41,387 bases of DNA from Moniliella sp. 'wahieum' (taxonomy: Eukaryota): positions 62,001 to 103,387 of the forward strand of contig RSEE01000158.1 in NCBI GenBank assembly GCA_003971905.1. Reading direction: 5' to 3'. The translations under genes were made by a program, and so were the position numbers. The notes under the pieces were generated by a model that was not told the origin of the DNA, did no database searches, and was given only the letters and a program-made list of their open reading frames with translations. Below are positions 13,232 to 25,362 of the stretch, piece after piece (the stretch's first letter is position 1; each line of letters opens with the position of its first letter).

Positions 13232-14643
13232 GGTGGGGGGGGGTGGAGGAAGCGGTGGCGGTGGCGGTGGCAGAGCGCTGGATGCGGGGCGGACGGGCGG
13301 CTGGGGAGGCTGGGGCGTGGGCGTGGTGCTGGAGTTGGAGCAGCTGGCGTAGCAGCAGGGCGAGTATAGCGGATGGGGCCCTGCAGACAACGCGGGGGCA
13401 CTGGCGGGCACGGCGTGGGCAGATGGGCGGGGAGGCTGGCGCTGCGCCGGGGCGGCTGAGTGCCGGCTGCTCTGGGATCTGGACGGAGCATCGTGGCTCG
13501 CCGGTCGATCGGATAGCGAAGCCGGCTGGGGCGGTGCCTGGCTGTGCCTGCCCTGGCAGCTGGCCTGTCCCGCACGGCCGCACGACTCGCATCCAGCTGA
13601 TCTCGACAAGCAGACTTGCGTGTGTGCCGCCGTGCGCCCGCCCTGGCTGCCCTGCCGCCCCGATAGCGCCCTGCTGGCGCCCCGCCGGCCGGCCCCACCC
13701 CACCACGCCAGTGTGGCCCAATCGTTGCATCGCGGTCGCTATGGCCGACTAGGGTCTGCTGGGGCCTGCTGGGGCCCCCTCGTGACGTGACGTGTGATGC
13801 CATCAGTCAATGAGTATTGAATGGGACCGGGGCCTGGGGCACCAGCAACTCGGAGGGGAGGCGCACAGGGCCAGTGCTTACTCGGGCAACTTGCTCTGGG
13901 CCGCAGAGCCCACCAGGGCGTAAACATAGCACCACCCGTGCTAGAGCTAGTGCCCCCCGCCACCGCAGCCCAGCAGGCAGCAGCGACATCTGAGATCTGA
14001 CATCTGACAGCTGCGCCTCAGGCCTCAGGCCCCTCAGGGCGCATGTGAAGTGTTCCATGTCATCGTCATCGTTCGCCAGCCATCAGCGCATCAGCCACCA
14101 AGCATCTGACCATCCCCACTTGCTCTCCGCCGGCCCCACCGTCTTCCACCAAGGGCGAGAGTTTATGTCTAGGCTACCCCCCATGGCACGAATCAGGGAA
14201 ATGATGCAAAGATCAAGTATTGGACAAGGGGAGGGGTAGGGCGCATGGGAGAGGAGAGGAGAGGAGAGGGAAAAGGCCACCCCCGTCAGAAACAGAGGCA
14301 AGCGCGAGAGGAAAGAGAGGACGACTGCCACGCCATCCTGCCCAAGTTGATCGAGTGACTCGGCTCGCCACCAGGGTGCGGGGGAGGGGAAAGGAGATGG
14401 GATGCAGTCGGGTGCGTGGCGAGCCAATCAGGGGAGAAACGAGACAGGTTCAAGCACAAGCACAAACACAGGCCACAGCCAGCGTGACCCACCATCCATC
14501 CACCTCGTGGGCACGGGGGCGGAGAAGAGATAAAGTCCATGCCGCAACGTGGCGAACGAAGAGCAAGGAAGAACGAGACCAAGAGCAAAGACGGAAGGTG
14601 AGGGGGCGGAGGGGGGGAGGCGAGGCGAGGAGAGGGGGAAAGC

Positions 14644-15508
14644 TTAGCAGTTGCATCCTTCCGACCGGGTCTGGGCCGAGTTGAGGTCCACTCGGTTCCC
14701 CTTTGCTGGCCCGCCTGGCCAGACGCCGTGTTCTGGCGCGCGCGCTGGGCCAAGATCTCATCCATCGGGATCTTCTTGGCAATCTCCGTAAACACCTCTT
14801 CCACCCCAGCTCCCGTCTTGGCCGACGTCTCAAAGAAGAGCAGGCCGGCTTCCTTGGCATACGCTTCGGCCTCCTCCCGCGGAATGGCACGCTTGACCAC
14901 CGGCGTCTCCTCGGCCTCATGCTCGTCAGCCCCGTCTTCGGCCTCGGCAGGCTCGCTCGCCGCACCTCCCTCCTCAGGGGTGAGAAGGTCAATCTTGTTG
15001 CCCACCAGGGCAATGATGATGTTCGCATTCGCTTGGCGCTGCAGCTCCTTGACCCAAGACTTGGCCTTGTCGTACGAGTTGGCCTTGAGCACATCATCAC
15101 CACAATGCTTGCCTGAGCATTGCGGTAGTACATGGGCGCCAGCGAGTGGAACCGCTCCTGGCCAGCCGTGTCCCAGATCTCAAACTTGATAATCTTGTCC
15201 TCCAGACGGCACTTTTGCTACCAGGTCCATAGCAACCAGCACAGGCACGGGCAAACAAGTCAGCACAGATCTGCGCGCACACCACGCCTGCATCGCAATC
15301 GCCTTTGCACACGCCGGGGTGAAGATGAGGAGAACGTACCGTCAAGAAGGCAGCGCCAATCGTCGGCTCCTTGTTCTCCTGAAAGTCGTCGGATACGAAG
15401 CGGAGGACAACGGAAGACTCCGACAGCCGCCTCGCCCAGGAGGACAAGTTTGGTCTGGAAGGGCTTCTGGGGGCTGGTGCCCGCGGCAGACGAAGTGGGA
15501 GCAGACAT
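14644..15508 (-). CDS. Rab5-family small GTPase (Vps21/Ypt51/Ypt52-like)
   Basis: [11 protein letters not shown](K)[23 protein letters not shown] (intron 15218-15339), [39 protein letters not shown], and a C-terminal EGCNC* CxC prenylation motif (stop 14644-14646). Confidence 0.96.
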
Positions 15509-16059
15509 GGTGGGAGATGGGATGTCGGTGGTGGGGAGTGAAGGCGGGGGGTGGCAGCAGTGGAGGTGGGTATCAGGGCGGTGGTGGCAACGGCGACGAC
15601 GCGGCGGGCGCCTGCTCTGGACTCCTCAAGACAGAATGGGAGGTGCCAGGTTGGCAGGGCCAGCCCTGGTGCTTACCTCAGCCAGGGTGGCCGCGCGCCG
15701 GGTTGGACAGCCACGCACAGTGGGCTTGTGCTGCCATCGCCGGCACCACCTGCCTCCGCTGGCCAGTGACTGGTGACTAGTGGCTGGTGACCGGTGACTG
15801 CGCGACCGGTGAACGCAGCGCAGCACTGCAACGGACTCCCCGGTTCGTCAGGTAGGGTTACGCATCAGTGACGCGTGATGCTGCTGCTGAAGGAAATTAT
15901 ACATTTGAAACCAGTTTGCAGGGGCGGTGGGTGATTGATGTGCGCTGCTCCAGCCGCCTGCGGCCTGCTTGCCTGCTGCCTGCCTCGCGCCTGCGATACG
16001 GTGACGATGGCGGTGGCGGTCCCCTTCTCGTCCCCGGTTTCCAAGCTGCTTTGGGCGGC

Positions 16060-16470
16060 TACCATGTGACAAAGGCCTTGCCGGGGGCCCGCTTGTACTT
16101 CTCGACTGACACGGCGGCGGTGGGCATGCCCCTGGTCCTGCCTAAGCCTTAGGTGCGAGGAAAAGGTGCATGGGTCGCTGCACAGCGCGGATGTTGGAGA
16201 AGCTTGGCCGGGGAGAGGTGACTGCTGGCAGATCCATCGGCCCAACGAAAGGAGATGGGGGACGAAGGTATGGAGCGCCTTGGCGAGTGTGCGACGGCGC
16301 ACAGTGGTAAAGGCGTTGGTAAAGTCCAGCATGGCGACGTGGATCAAGTCGCCCAGTTCCGCGTCGTTCTCCCCGCCTGTCGCTGTCATGCGCTCGACCA
16401 TCCGCACGATAGGTTCTACCGTTATATTCTCGAGTCTTCTATACACAGAAAATTTGCATTTGGGACGAAA
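16060..16470 (-). mobile_element. Degenerate non-LTR retrotransposon reverse transcriptase fragment, CRE/Cnl1-like
   Basis: FSV...VEPIVRMVER...HVAMLDFTNAFTTVRRRTLAKALHTFVPHLLSLGRW...SSHLRLRQD resembles the fungal CRE-clade RT pattern QFGVG.GGVEPI...LDFSNAF..V.R...AP.L....WAY...SSQGVRQGDP. No YxDD motif or endonuclease is visible. Confidence 0.7.
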
Positions 16471-16704
16471 CTGGTGGCCAAGTCGCTATGAAGTTTGAAG
16501 GGCGGAGCCACTGTTGATACTAATGCAATTGGGAAGAGTAAGTGGACACCAGGTCCATATGATAAGAGGGGGTATGCGAAGGCTCTGCAATTGACCATCA
16601 GTTAGAACCACATGACGCATGAAGCATTAGCGGTTGCAATGGCACGACCAAAAGTGTGTACTCTTTACTAGTCCTACTCTTCATCGTCTTCATCCGACTC
16701 CGAA

Positions 16705-18013
16705 TCACTGCAAGAGTTCTTCGGCTCTCATATTCCTCCACGAAGGATGGGGCCAAGTCGCGTGCTCGTTGAAAGAGGCGGTCGACGGCACGGGAGCTTG
16801 AGGGTCGCCCCATGCCCCGGAAACACGTACGAGAGCAAAGGAAATGAAGAGTTCCTTCAACAAACTGAAGCTGAACTGATCCGTTTCCTTGGCCAACTGC
16901 CCGCCACGGCCGAATCGAATCATACTCCCCCTCGAGCACAAGAGAATTGGCATACTTGTCTTGCAGCCAGCAGGAGGTAGGTGTGGCGCAACTGTTCGTC
17001 TGGGAGGCCAAATTCGTACTTGGTGTCGAAACGCGAAGGGCGCGAGAGCAAAGCAGGATCCAACCGATCTGGATGGTTGGTCGACGCAATAATCAGAAGG
17101 CCGTGGTTTGGGGTGATTCCATCCAGCTCGTTAAGCAGGACCGAGAGACGGGTGTGCTTGACCAGCGAATCCAGGTCCTCCATCACCAACACGCAAGGGG
17201 CCACTTTGCGTGCTTTGGCAAAAATTCGCGGCAAATCGCAAGAACGGTTCGCCCCCTTAACCATCAGAACCTGTTGCTTCCCTTTCAGGTTGCGAAGCCG
17301 GAGCGGATCGTACTCGTCTTTCCGTTCCCGGGCGGGCCGCAGAGAAGAAGACCGCGCCGCCAGGGTGCGCCAAGCGTCTTGTACATCTCTTCACTTTGGA
17401 AAACGTCTGTGTGTCGCGTTCGAGCCAAAGTCGTACATCTTCCTTGAGCGTCAAGGTATCCTGGGGTGAATGATGAAGTTTCTCATACATACTCCCGGAC
17501 TTGCGCCACATGCAGTTGTCATACACCCACACGAAGGGGCCGGGGGCATTTTCCGCGTGGTCATGGCGTCAAGCAATTGGAGCGGGACCCTACGTTGCCC
17601 GAGTCGAGGTCGACGATGGCCTCCAGGACATAATCATTGGGTCCCCAGTTAGTGATCACCATCACAGTGACATGGTACACAAGCAGCTTGGTCTCAGAAA
17701 AGGTAAAGCTAAGTGTGCCCGTACGGAAGGATCGAGCTGCGGAAGAGGTACACCTATCCGTCCTTTCTTCATCGTCTTCTTTGCTTTGCGCGAGATTCCA
17801 GGCGTCACCAAACGGCGTGAGTGTCCTTCCCTCCTCTCCTTGACCAGTCCGATGACACAAAACGGAACCACACTATTGTCCAGCGTAGTGACCACCTCGG
17901 CTCCAGGATGGGCGGCTTGCACTTGACGGAACAGGCGGTAGTACAGGTCGTCGGTTTGGGTCTTGTTCAGGATGCCATCCATGAGCGAGGAGGTCGAACG
18001 AGGACGGTTGCAT
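16705..18013 (-). CDS. AAA+ ATPase (single AAA domain, EDLD-type Walker B; uncharacterised fungal family)
   Basis: Across frames: [36 protein letters not shown] (Walker A), [12 protein letters not shown] (Walker B), [38 protein letters not shown] (SRH), GFSF-like [10 protein letters not shown]. No introns apparent. Start (18013 or 17982) and stop (16705 or 16598) uncertain. Confidence 0.9.
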
Positions 18014-19179
18014 GGTGGAGAAATGACACTGGGGGGAGAGATAGCAATGCGAGGGGGAAGAGATGGGGGGGTGAAAGGGGATAGTGTAAGGAAGAGGGTG
18101 GAAGAAGTGGGTTATTTATTCAGTCGCACAGGCCGATGCGCCCGGTAGCGATCGGCAGCTGGATAAGCGATGAGCTCATCTTGATATCTCGGTCGCCGTC
18201 GCCGTCGCTGCCGCTTCTCCATCACACGCTCTTTGTGAGTCATGCGTCACGCGGGACATTACATCAGCTCGCACGTCCGGGGATTATTTCGTTGCCCCCC
18301 CCCGTCGCTGCCACTTCTATCGCTCGCTCTTGGCTTCCAACCAGCGTCCCGTTGCGCGTGGTGCGGGTACTTTGAGCGCTCAGGCTGAGCCTCAGCCGTC
18401 TCGCATTGTGATCCATGTCATCTCGCACAGGGGACCACCGCTTGGCTTTGTTGGTACGTTAAGCCAGGCCACACCCTCTCACGCTCTTCTCATCCCCCGC
18501 CCGGCGAGGTGACCGGGCGGTGACCTGAACTCCCACGTGTACATGTACTCAGTACTCAGTCCCAGAGACCTCCCTGTTCCATCGGGCGATGAGGCTAATT
18601 TACCCTCCCCTCGATCGTTCAAAGCAGTCAGCCGGCCACCTACCCAATCGGTGGCAAACCGGGGCAGTGGACGCGAGGCTGTCGGAATAGTACGTTCCAA
18701 AGCATAATCGGTCGTGGTCGCGGTATAAACACTGGCCTAGACGAAGTAGTAGGATGAGGGTCGATGAGGAAAGGCACCGCGCTGGTCGGAGATGTTGTGT
18801 TTGGCCTGTGGCAAGGGTGCTGTGGATGCGATGGGACCGGGCGCCCCGGTTGCGGTGGGTGAAGGAGGGTCGAGGGGTTGGGGCCTAGGGACATGGGGAA
18901 AGGATGCGATGGCTGGCGATGTCACTCTCCGGTGGGGGAACGAAATGGTTTAGGATGCCCACAGACAAACCACAAAGAGGGATGAGATGGATGGTCGATG
19001 AAGCGCGATGTGGGAGAGCTACTATGACTGTGTGAGGCCAGGACTATAATTTCGAGAGTCCGCACAACATGCTGGGCAATCACACGCGCGACCTCTGTGA
19101 CATGGAAAAGAACGGGTGATGGTCGAATGGAACGCTCAGCTGTGCGCTATCTACGATGGCGGGGGCAAGGGTATGGCAG

Positions 19180-19226
19180 GCGATGGCGATGGCGATGGCG
19201 ATGGCGATGGCGGTGGCGCGATGGCG
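19180..19226. repeat. (ATGGCG)n hexanucleotide microsatellite
   Basis: gcgatggcgatggcgatggcgatggcgatggcggtggcgcgatggcg in the AAA/ATG1 divergent intergenic region. Confidence 0.9.
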
Positions 19227-19648
19227 AAAGTGATAACACTGATCGCGACCGCTGGGGGCCAGTACCAGTCGGCGGGGGGCTGGGCAGGGGGGTGGGGATT
19301 AGGAATGATGAGTCGCCGCAGTCGTCAGAACGGGCTGCAGCTTGAACATTGAAGGCTGCGTAGATAGCGGGGCAGTGGGGGGTGGCGCGCGCCTATCGAC
19401 AACCGACAATTAACAGCCACACCTGCCTTCAAGCGCACAGGGCCACGCCAACGCCAACGCCAGCGCCACGCCCCGCGCCCACGCCACCGCCACCGCACCG
19501 CCACCGCACCGCCACCGCCACGCCATCGCCACCGCCACCGCCAATCCAGCTTTGTCCGTCTCTCACGTCCGCTCTGCCTTCTGCGCTTCTCCTCGCCCAC
19601 TCACCTCCCCTGCGCCCCCCTCCCCCGCCTGCCCGCACCACCCCCCGT

Positions 19649-22600
19649 CTGGGCTCGATCCCTGCGCCCAGCCTGCTCCCGCCACGAGTCCGGCAAGTCG
19701 GCGACTACATCCTCGCCACCGAGATCGGCAAGGCAGCTTTGCTGTTGTCCGCAAGGGCTACGACACCCGCCCACCCCGCCGCGCCGTCGCGTCAAGGTGG
19801 TCTCTCGCGCCATCCTCACTGAAAAACTGGTAACCAACCTCGAGGGCGAGATCAGCATCCTCCAGAGCATTTCCCACCCCAACGTGGTCGAGCTCTTGAC
19901 TTGCATCAAGAATGCGATCACATATACTCATCATGCCCTTTTGTCCATGGGGCGATCTGAGCATGTACATCAAGTCCCATGGCCAATTGCCGTCATCGCC
20001 GCTGCCCTCGCACCCGGTCCGACCCCGTGTTTAGCGACCGGGACCTCGGCGCCTCAGTCATGGCCAACAGTGCTCTCATGTCCTGCCCATGACGAGAGGG
20101 CCATCGATGCGCTGGCCGATGTGCGCCACTTCCCGCATCCAGGGGGGGGTTGAACCATGGGTGGTCCGCAGCTTCCTTACCAGCTCTGCAGTGCCCTCGA
20201 ATTTATGTGGAACAAACACATTGTCCACCGCGACATCAACCTCAGAACCTGCTGCTCCAACCTGCCGAACCCACCTTTCTCGCCTCGGGCCATCCGCTGG
20301 GCATCCCCCAAATCAAGGTGGCTGATTTTGGGTTTGCGCGGCATCTGCCAGCCGCGTCGTTGGCCGAAACGCTGTGTGGAAGCCCACTCTACATGGCTCC
20401 TGAGATCTTGCGCCACGAAAATACGACGCCAAGGCCGATTTGTGGTCGGTAGGGGCTGTGACGTACGAGATGGCTTCGGGAAAGCCCCCCTTTCGCGCGG
20501 CGAATCACATGGAGCTGCTGCGAAGGATGAGAAGAACGACGATCGCATCCGTTTCCCCGACGAACGGTCCGAGGGAAGCTGGACCCGCGAAAACATTCGT
20601 CGAGCCGAGGAGGGCTTGCCTCCGACTGAGAGACCGGCCGAGGTTCCCGCCGACATCAAGCAGATCATCCGTGCCCTCCTCAAGCGCCACTCGGTGACCC
20701 GCGCTGGATTTGATGAGCTCTTCCGCTCGCCGGTTGTCGCCTCGGGCTCGGGGCCCGAGCTGGCACGCGCCCTCGGCCGGCCCATCCCGGCGCCTCCCTC
20801 GCAGCCTTCGTTCCTGCATCTCCCCCGCCACTGGCTTCCCACCCCCCGCCTCCATCTGATCCACTTGCCTTGGAACCGATGGCGATGCCGCCATCGGCCT
20901 CTCTGCTTCCGCATCCTCCCCGACTCCCATTACTTGGCATCCACTGTCACTGCCCAACCATCTCCAGACACATCCCCAGGCTTCGCCTGCTCCCTCGGTC
21001 GCCGAACCACCCCGTCGGCCTATCCTCCTCGGCCGAGCACTGTGTACTCCCCCACGCGCGCAGATGCCGTTCCGATCCCGGGGGCCAAGACTCGGGATCC
21101 GATAACCCAGCGGGGCCCTGAGGCCCACTCGATGCCGGTGAGGGAGGACACGGTGCCCCCACGACTGCGACCCATGGGATCATCCGGCGTGCTTGGCACG
21201 CCACCTCCTGCGTTCGTCAAGCTGCCCTTTGCGCCCAGCTTTGCCCAGCGCAGGGGGTCTCTCATCCACCCGGCCCCGTTCCTGCCTGCACGCAGGACGA
21301 CGATCGGGTTTCAAACTACCACGCCCTCCTCCCTTTCTCGTCCACCCGTGACGAGCCGCCCCCCCGCTCCCGACCAGCAACAAGGCGAGTACTCGCGTCC
21401 ATCCGAACTGGCCCTGGCCAAGACAAGGCTGGCTCCGGCGCGAGTGGTACTCCCTCCGCGACCTTGACTGGGTCCAACCTGGGCCCGCGGGGCAAAGCTC
21501 GGGCGTGCCATCCTCGCCTGCCAGCCCAACCGCCCCCGCCTCGGGGCAAGAGAGCCCGGACGCCAATCGTCGCGAGGCACGGGGAGCTTGTTGGATGGAG
21601 AGTATGCTATGATCGATGCCCGTACGTCTGGCCAGAAGAAGAGACGGAACGGTTCAACCCGTCTGTGGCGTTTCCGGCTTCCTACCCATCTTCGGCTCAG
21701 GCGGCCCAGTGCCGCCGCCTCGGCCGCTGCGGCCGCGTTGGGCCGAACGCCCATCCGTCGTCTCAGCCAGATCCGTGCCCCTCCTTCTCGCGCTTCACCT
21801 CGCTGCCCGCCAGTCCTCCTCTCCGGTTGGCAGTCCAACCACGTTTGGGCAGCCTGCCCTGCTGCCCGATCGGTCGCGAAGGGAGAGCAAATCGATGCCC
21901 AAATCCGGACTGGCATCCGCCCTCGCCTCGGCCAAACCCGCGTTCCCTGAGGCCCCACCCTCCCACACCCCCTCTACACCCCGCGACATCCCCCCTGCCC
22001 CGTGGCGGCCGTCTCAGTGGTTACAATCGACGTCCAGCGCAGGATCGCCACCGGCACGCGCGCTGATGGGGGGCAAAGCTTCGTCCTCCAGTACCAGCGC
22101 TACCGCGACGCCGGCCTTGGGGGTCCCCCACCTCGCTTCCACGCCCGGCACGCCCGGCCTGCCCGGCACCCCTACCGGCACTTCGTCCCAAGCGCGGCCT
22201 TTGCCGATCCCGAGACCGGCGTTTGCGCTGCCCGCGCATCAGCGTCCCGCCTCGTTCCAACATCGTTCCTCGGCCTCCTTTTCAAGCAGCGGGCACAGTT
22301 ACTCCCCGAGGCTGCACCAAGCCCCGCCGGCGCTTACCGGTGGCGGTGGTGGGTTTAGCCCGATCCCATCAGCAGCCCGCTCGCGGCCCACCCTCTTCCC
22401 TTTACAGGTGCCTCGGCTCCGACCGGGGCGACGTACCCGCCGTTGGGCGTCGCCGCGGACGCCGCCGCGTGGGCGGCTGGATTCGGGTGGTGGGCCCGGC
22501 ATGCTGGGCACGTCGCCGTTTGGAACGAGTCTGATGGAAACGCAAATGGTCCGGGGCCCTTCTTTCTCGCCTACGCCTTCGTCCTATCCGCCTCCGCCGT

Positions 22601-23891
22601 CCGAGTTGAGCAGTTCGCTCACCCGCGCCATGAGCCAAGCTTCCATCCGTCTGTTTGGCATTCCTAGCGTAGTGGCCTTGCGCAACGCGCAAGCGATCAT
22701 GCGCGGTCGCACCTGGCGCAGTCAGAGTTACTCTGGTGCCGCGCCCGGGCTGAGCACGCACAGTTGGCTGGGGGGCGCCACCCCGCCGTTGGCCGGCGAG
22801 GCGTCGGCGGTCAGCATGGCGGGCGAGCCGGACCCGGCCGAGCGCAACATGTTGGGCCTGATGCTGGACTACTTTCACAAAGCGCATGTGCTCAGCGAAT
22901 TGGCCGACTCGAGATTTACCGAGCAATTTGGCGCGCCGCCACCGGCGTCCCATGCGGAAAGCGCCGCCGGTTCGCCGCTCGACCCCAGCTCGCTTTCGAC
23001 GCCGTCGCGGCCGATGCGGGGTCCCATTGCGGTCGCCGTTGCTTCAGGGGGACGATCGTCTTCGTCGCTCAGTGGAGCGTCCGGCTCGGTCGTACCCAAC
23101 GATGTGCCTGGTGCGGCCAATGAGGCTGGAACACCGGGAACCACTCCGTCTCCACGCCCTTTGCCTCGACCGCCGTGCTGGGTGTAGCACCCATCTCAAT
23201 TGCTGCCTCTCCCTCAAGCAGGCGGCCGACTCGGAGGCGCTGGCGGCCGAATGCCTGCTCATCTACCTCCGTGCTGCTGCGCTGCTGGATCGTGGCTTAC
23301 AGACCACCCGAGAGTTTTTGGATGCGCGGCAAGCCAATGGGTGGACCCGCCCTCCCTGCCCCGATCTGATGGACCGTACGTATATGCCTGGAATTGTTGG
23401 AGATGCAAGCTAACCTCACCGTCGTAGTATCCTTTGCGCTCAAAACCAGTTTCCAAACGCTGCTGGAGAGTCGAGTACGTTCGCTCCAAGACGGGGGAGA
23501 GCGACGAACTGCATCCGACGCGCAACATCAACGATCTAATCCTCACCATGGCCGTCGACATTGCCCGGGCCGCCGCGTCGGATGAGATGAACCGGACGCG
23601 GCAGAACAGCACCGGACGGGCCGAATGGAATGCACAGAGTTGCATTGATGCCTACGATGCGGCCGAGACTGCTGTTGTCCTTGCTCGAGCCCAGTTTGGC
23701 CGAGGAGCCAGGTAACACGGCCTTGACTCCGGCCACGACGGCGTTTATCGAAAAGTGTACGTCCTCTCCCCCCCCCCTAACGCACGAACAACGTTGCCTG
23801 ACTGCCTGCCTCACCCTCACCTCGTCCAGATGTTCATACAATTCGCAAACGCCTCGATAACCTCAACCAGAGCACAGGCCCAACTGCCTGA
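19649..23891 (+). CDS. ATG1: Autophagy Ser/Thr kinase Atg1/ULK
   Basis: [42 protein letters not shown](K)[53 protein letters not shown]; long S/P-rich linker; helical C-terminal (MIT/EAT-like) region ending [24 protein letters not shown] after intron 23757-23829. Another intron at about 23376-23427. Start codon not visible (see findings). Confidence 0.95.
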
Positions 23892-24475
23892 GTCGTCACT
23901 TCTCTCCACCTTATCGTCCGGTCCCTTATTTCCTCCAATCGATTGCTATGGTCCATTGCACCCCATGTTGTCTCTTCAGATATCATGAGGTGCTTGGGCA
24001 TGGTTGCTGTTCCTATCATCTGTGGTGACCCCCCCCCCCCTACCACTCGCTTCCACCCCTTGGTCTCACACTTAGCCAGCGGTGGACCTTGTTTGTCATG
24101 TTCCGAACCCCCGTCCCCACTCCCATTGTTCATCCTATGATTCCCGCTACGCCCCCTCCCATCCCCTCACACACATCCTAAAGAAGTCCGCCTGTCCCAT
24201 CCAAGGAAGATCCGCTGGGTAATTTGTATCTCGCGTTGGTTCCCGCGTTCATAGTGGAACAGAGAAGCAAAGATGATCGATGATCGATGACGAGCCTCAA
24301 TCCAGGCCCTGGATCCCGAGGAGGTTCCAATGCACCCATGTCGACCATGTGCACAACAGCCCATCGCACCGCTTGGCCTTAACGGGCCGAGAAAGTCCAG
24401 CATAGGGGTGAACACCTGGCTCCATTCTGCCCAGAAAAGGAGATAGAAACAACGAAGATCCCATCCTGCTCCCTC

Positions 24476-25190
24476 TTAGCCTGAGCGCGACCCGAGTCGT
24501 GCCAAACTCTGGAGAAGGGAAATAAATGATACATGGTCAGTTGGTTGGCGTGAAGGACCAACGGGGCGGTCCGACACCAATGCACGTACCGCTTCGGATT
24601 GCTCCGCCTCTTCCACCGCATCGCTTTGGGACACGACGCGCAGCACGCTTTTCTTGCTTGACTCTTGCATCTCGCCGGCAATGATCAGTTCGTCAAAGAT
24701 CTGGGGGCAGGACAGAGGACAGGGTCAGTGTACGCCTAGGCGCAGGGCGCATCAAGCCGGCAGCCGGCAAGCACAGCACGTACCGCATACGCCTTCTGGA
24801 AGTTGAAGATCAAGTCGAGTTCGCACACCTGAGTCCCGCATAAATCGCCGTGTCAGTCGATCCGCCCCAACGAGGGGCGAGAAGGGAAGGACGTACGTTG
24901 CCAAAGTAGCGATCGAGAACCTCGACGTAGCGGTGGATGATCTCGAGGGTGATCAGTTCGTTGTCGTCCTGCTCGATGCCGCAGACAAAGAAGAGAGAGG
25001 CATAGCGGCGGTAGACGACCTTGGTGTCCTTGTACTCGAGAAAGTTGCACATGCGCGTGCGGCGGGCCAAGACGAGCTGGGTAACGTCCTTGACGATCTT
25101 GGCCTTGCTCTTGGCGCTCATGGTCTGGAACCACTTGCTGAGGCGCACCTTGCCCTGGCGGCTGATGAGGAGCATCCAGTTGAGACCCAT
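24476..25190 (-). CDS. APS1: AP-1 clathrin adaptor complex sigma subunit
   Basis: [21 protein letters not shown]...[21 protein letters not shown]...[54 protein letters not shown]. Exons 24897-25190, 24784-24828, 24590-24700 and 24476-24508 are joined by canonical introns. Confidence 0.96.
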
Positions 25191-25327
25191 GCTGGGCAGG
25201 GGAGACAGAAGACGAAGCGGCGGGGCGGCTGGTGGCGCAGACGGAGGCGGTGGTGGCGGCGGCGTCCTGCCTTTGCTCCTCCCTGGCGATGTCTGGGCCG
25301 CCGCGCCACGCTTGCTTACGTCACCAA

Positions 25328-25358
25328 CCAAAACCAAAACCAAAACCAAAACCAAAAA
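25328..25358 (-). terminator. Pol III terminator T5 followed by (GGTTTT)4 repeat
   Basis: Minus strand reads CCTTTTTGGTTTTGGTTTTGGTTTTGGTTTTGG starting a few nt after the tRNA discriminator base. Confidence 0.8.
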
Positions 25359-25362
25359 GGTA

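Noticed and set aside
14930..14990. Acidic insertion in Rab5 after the NKxD motif
   Set aside because: Variable acidic loops at this position are common in fungal Vps21/Ypt52-type proteins; not novel.
19441..19545. GCCAC/GCACC repeat tract upstream of ATG1, considered as a CRISPR-like or coding repeat
   Set aside because: Irregular simple repeats with no repeat-spacer structure; eukaryotic context.
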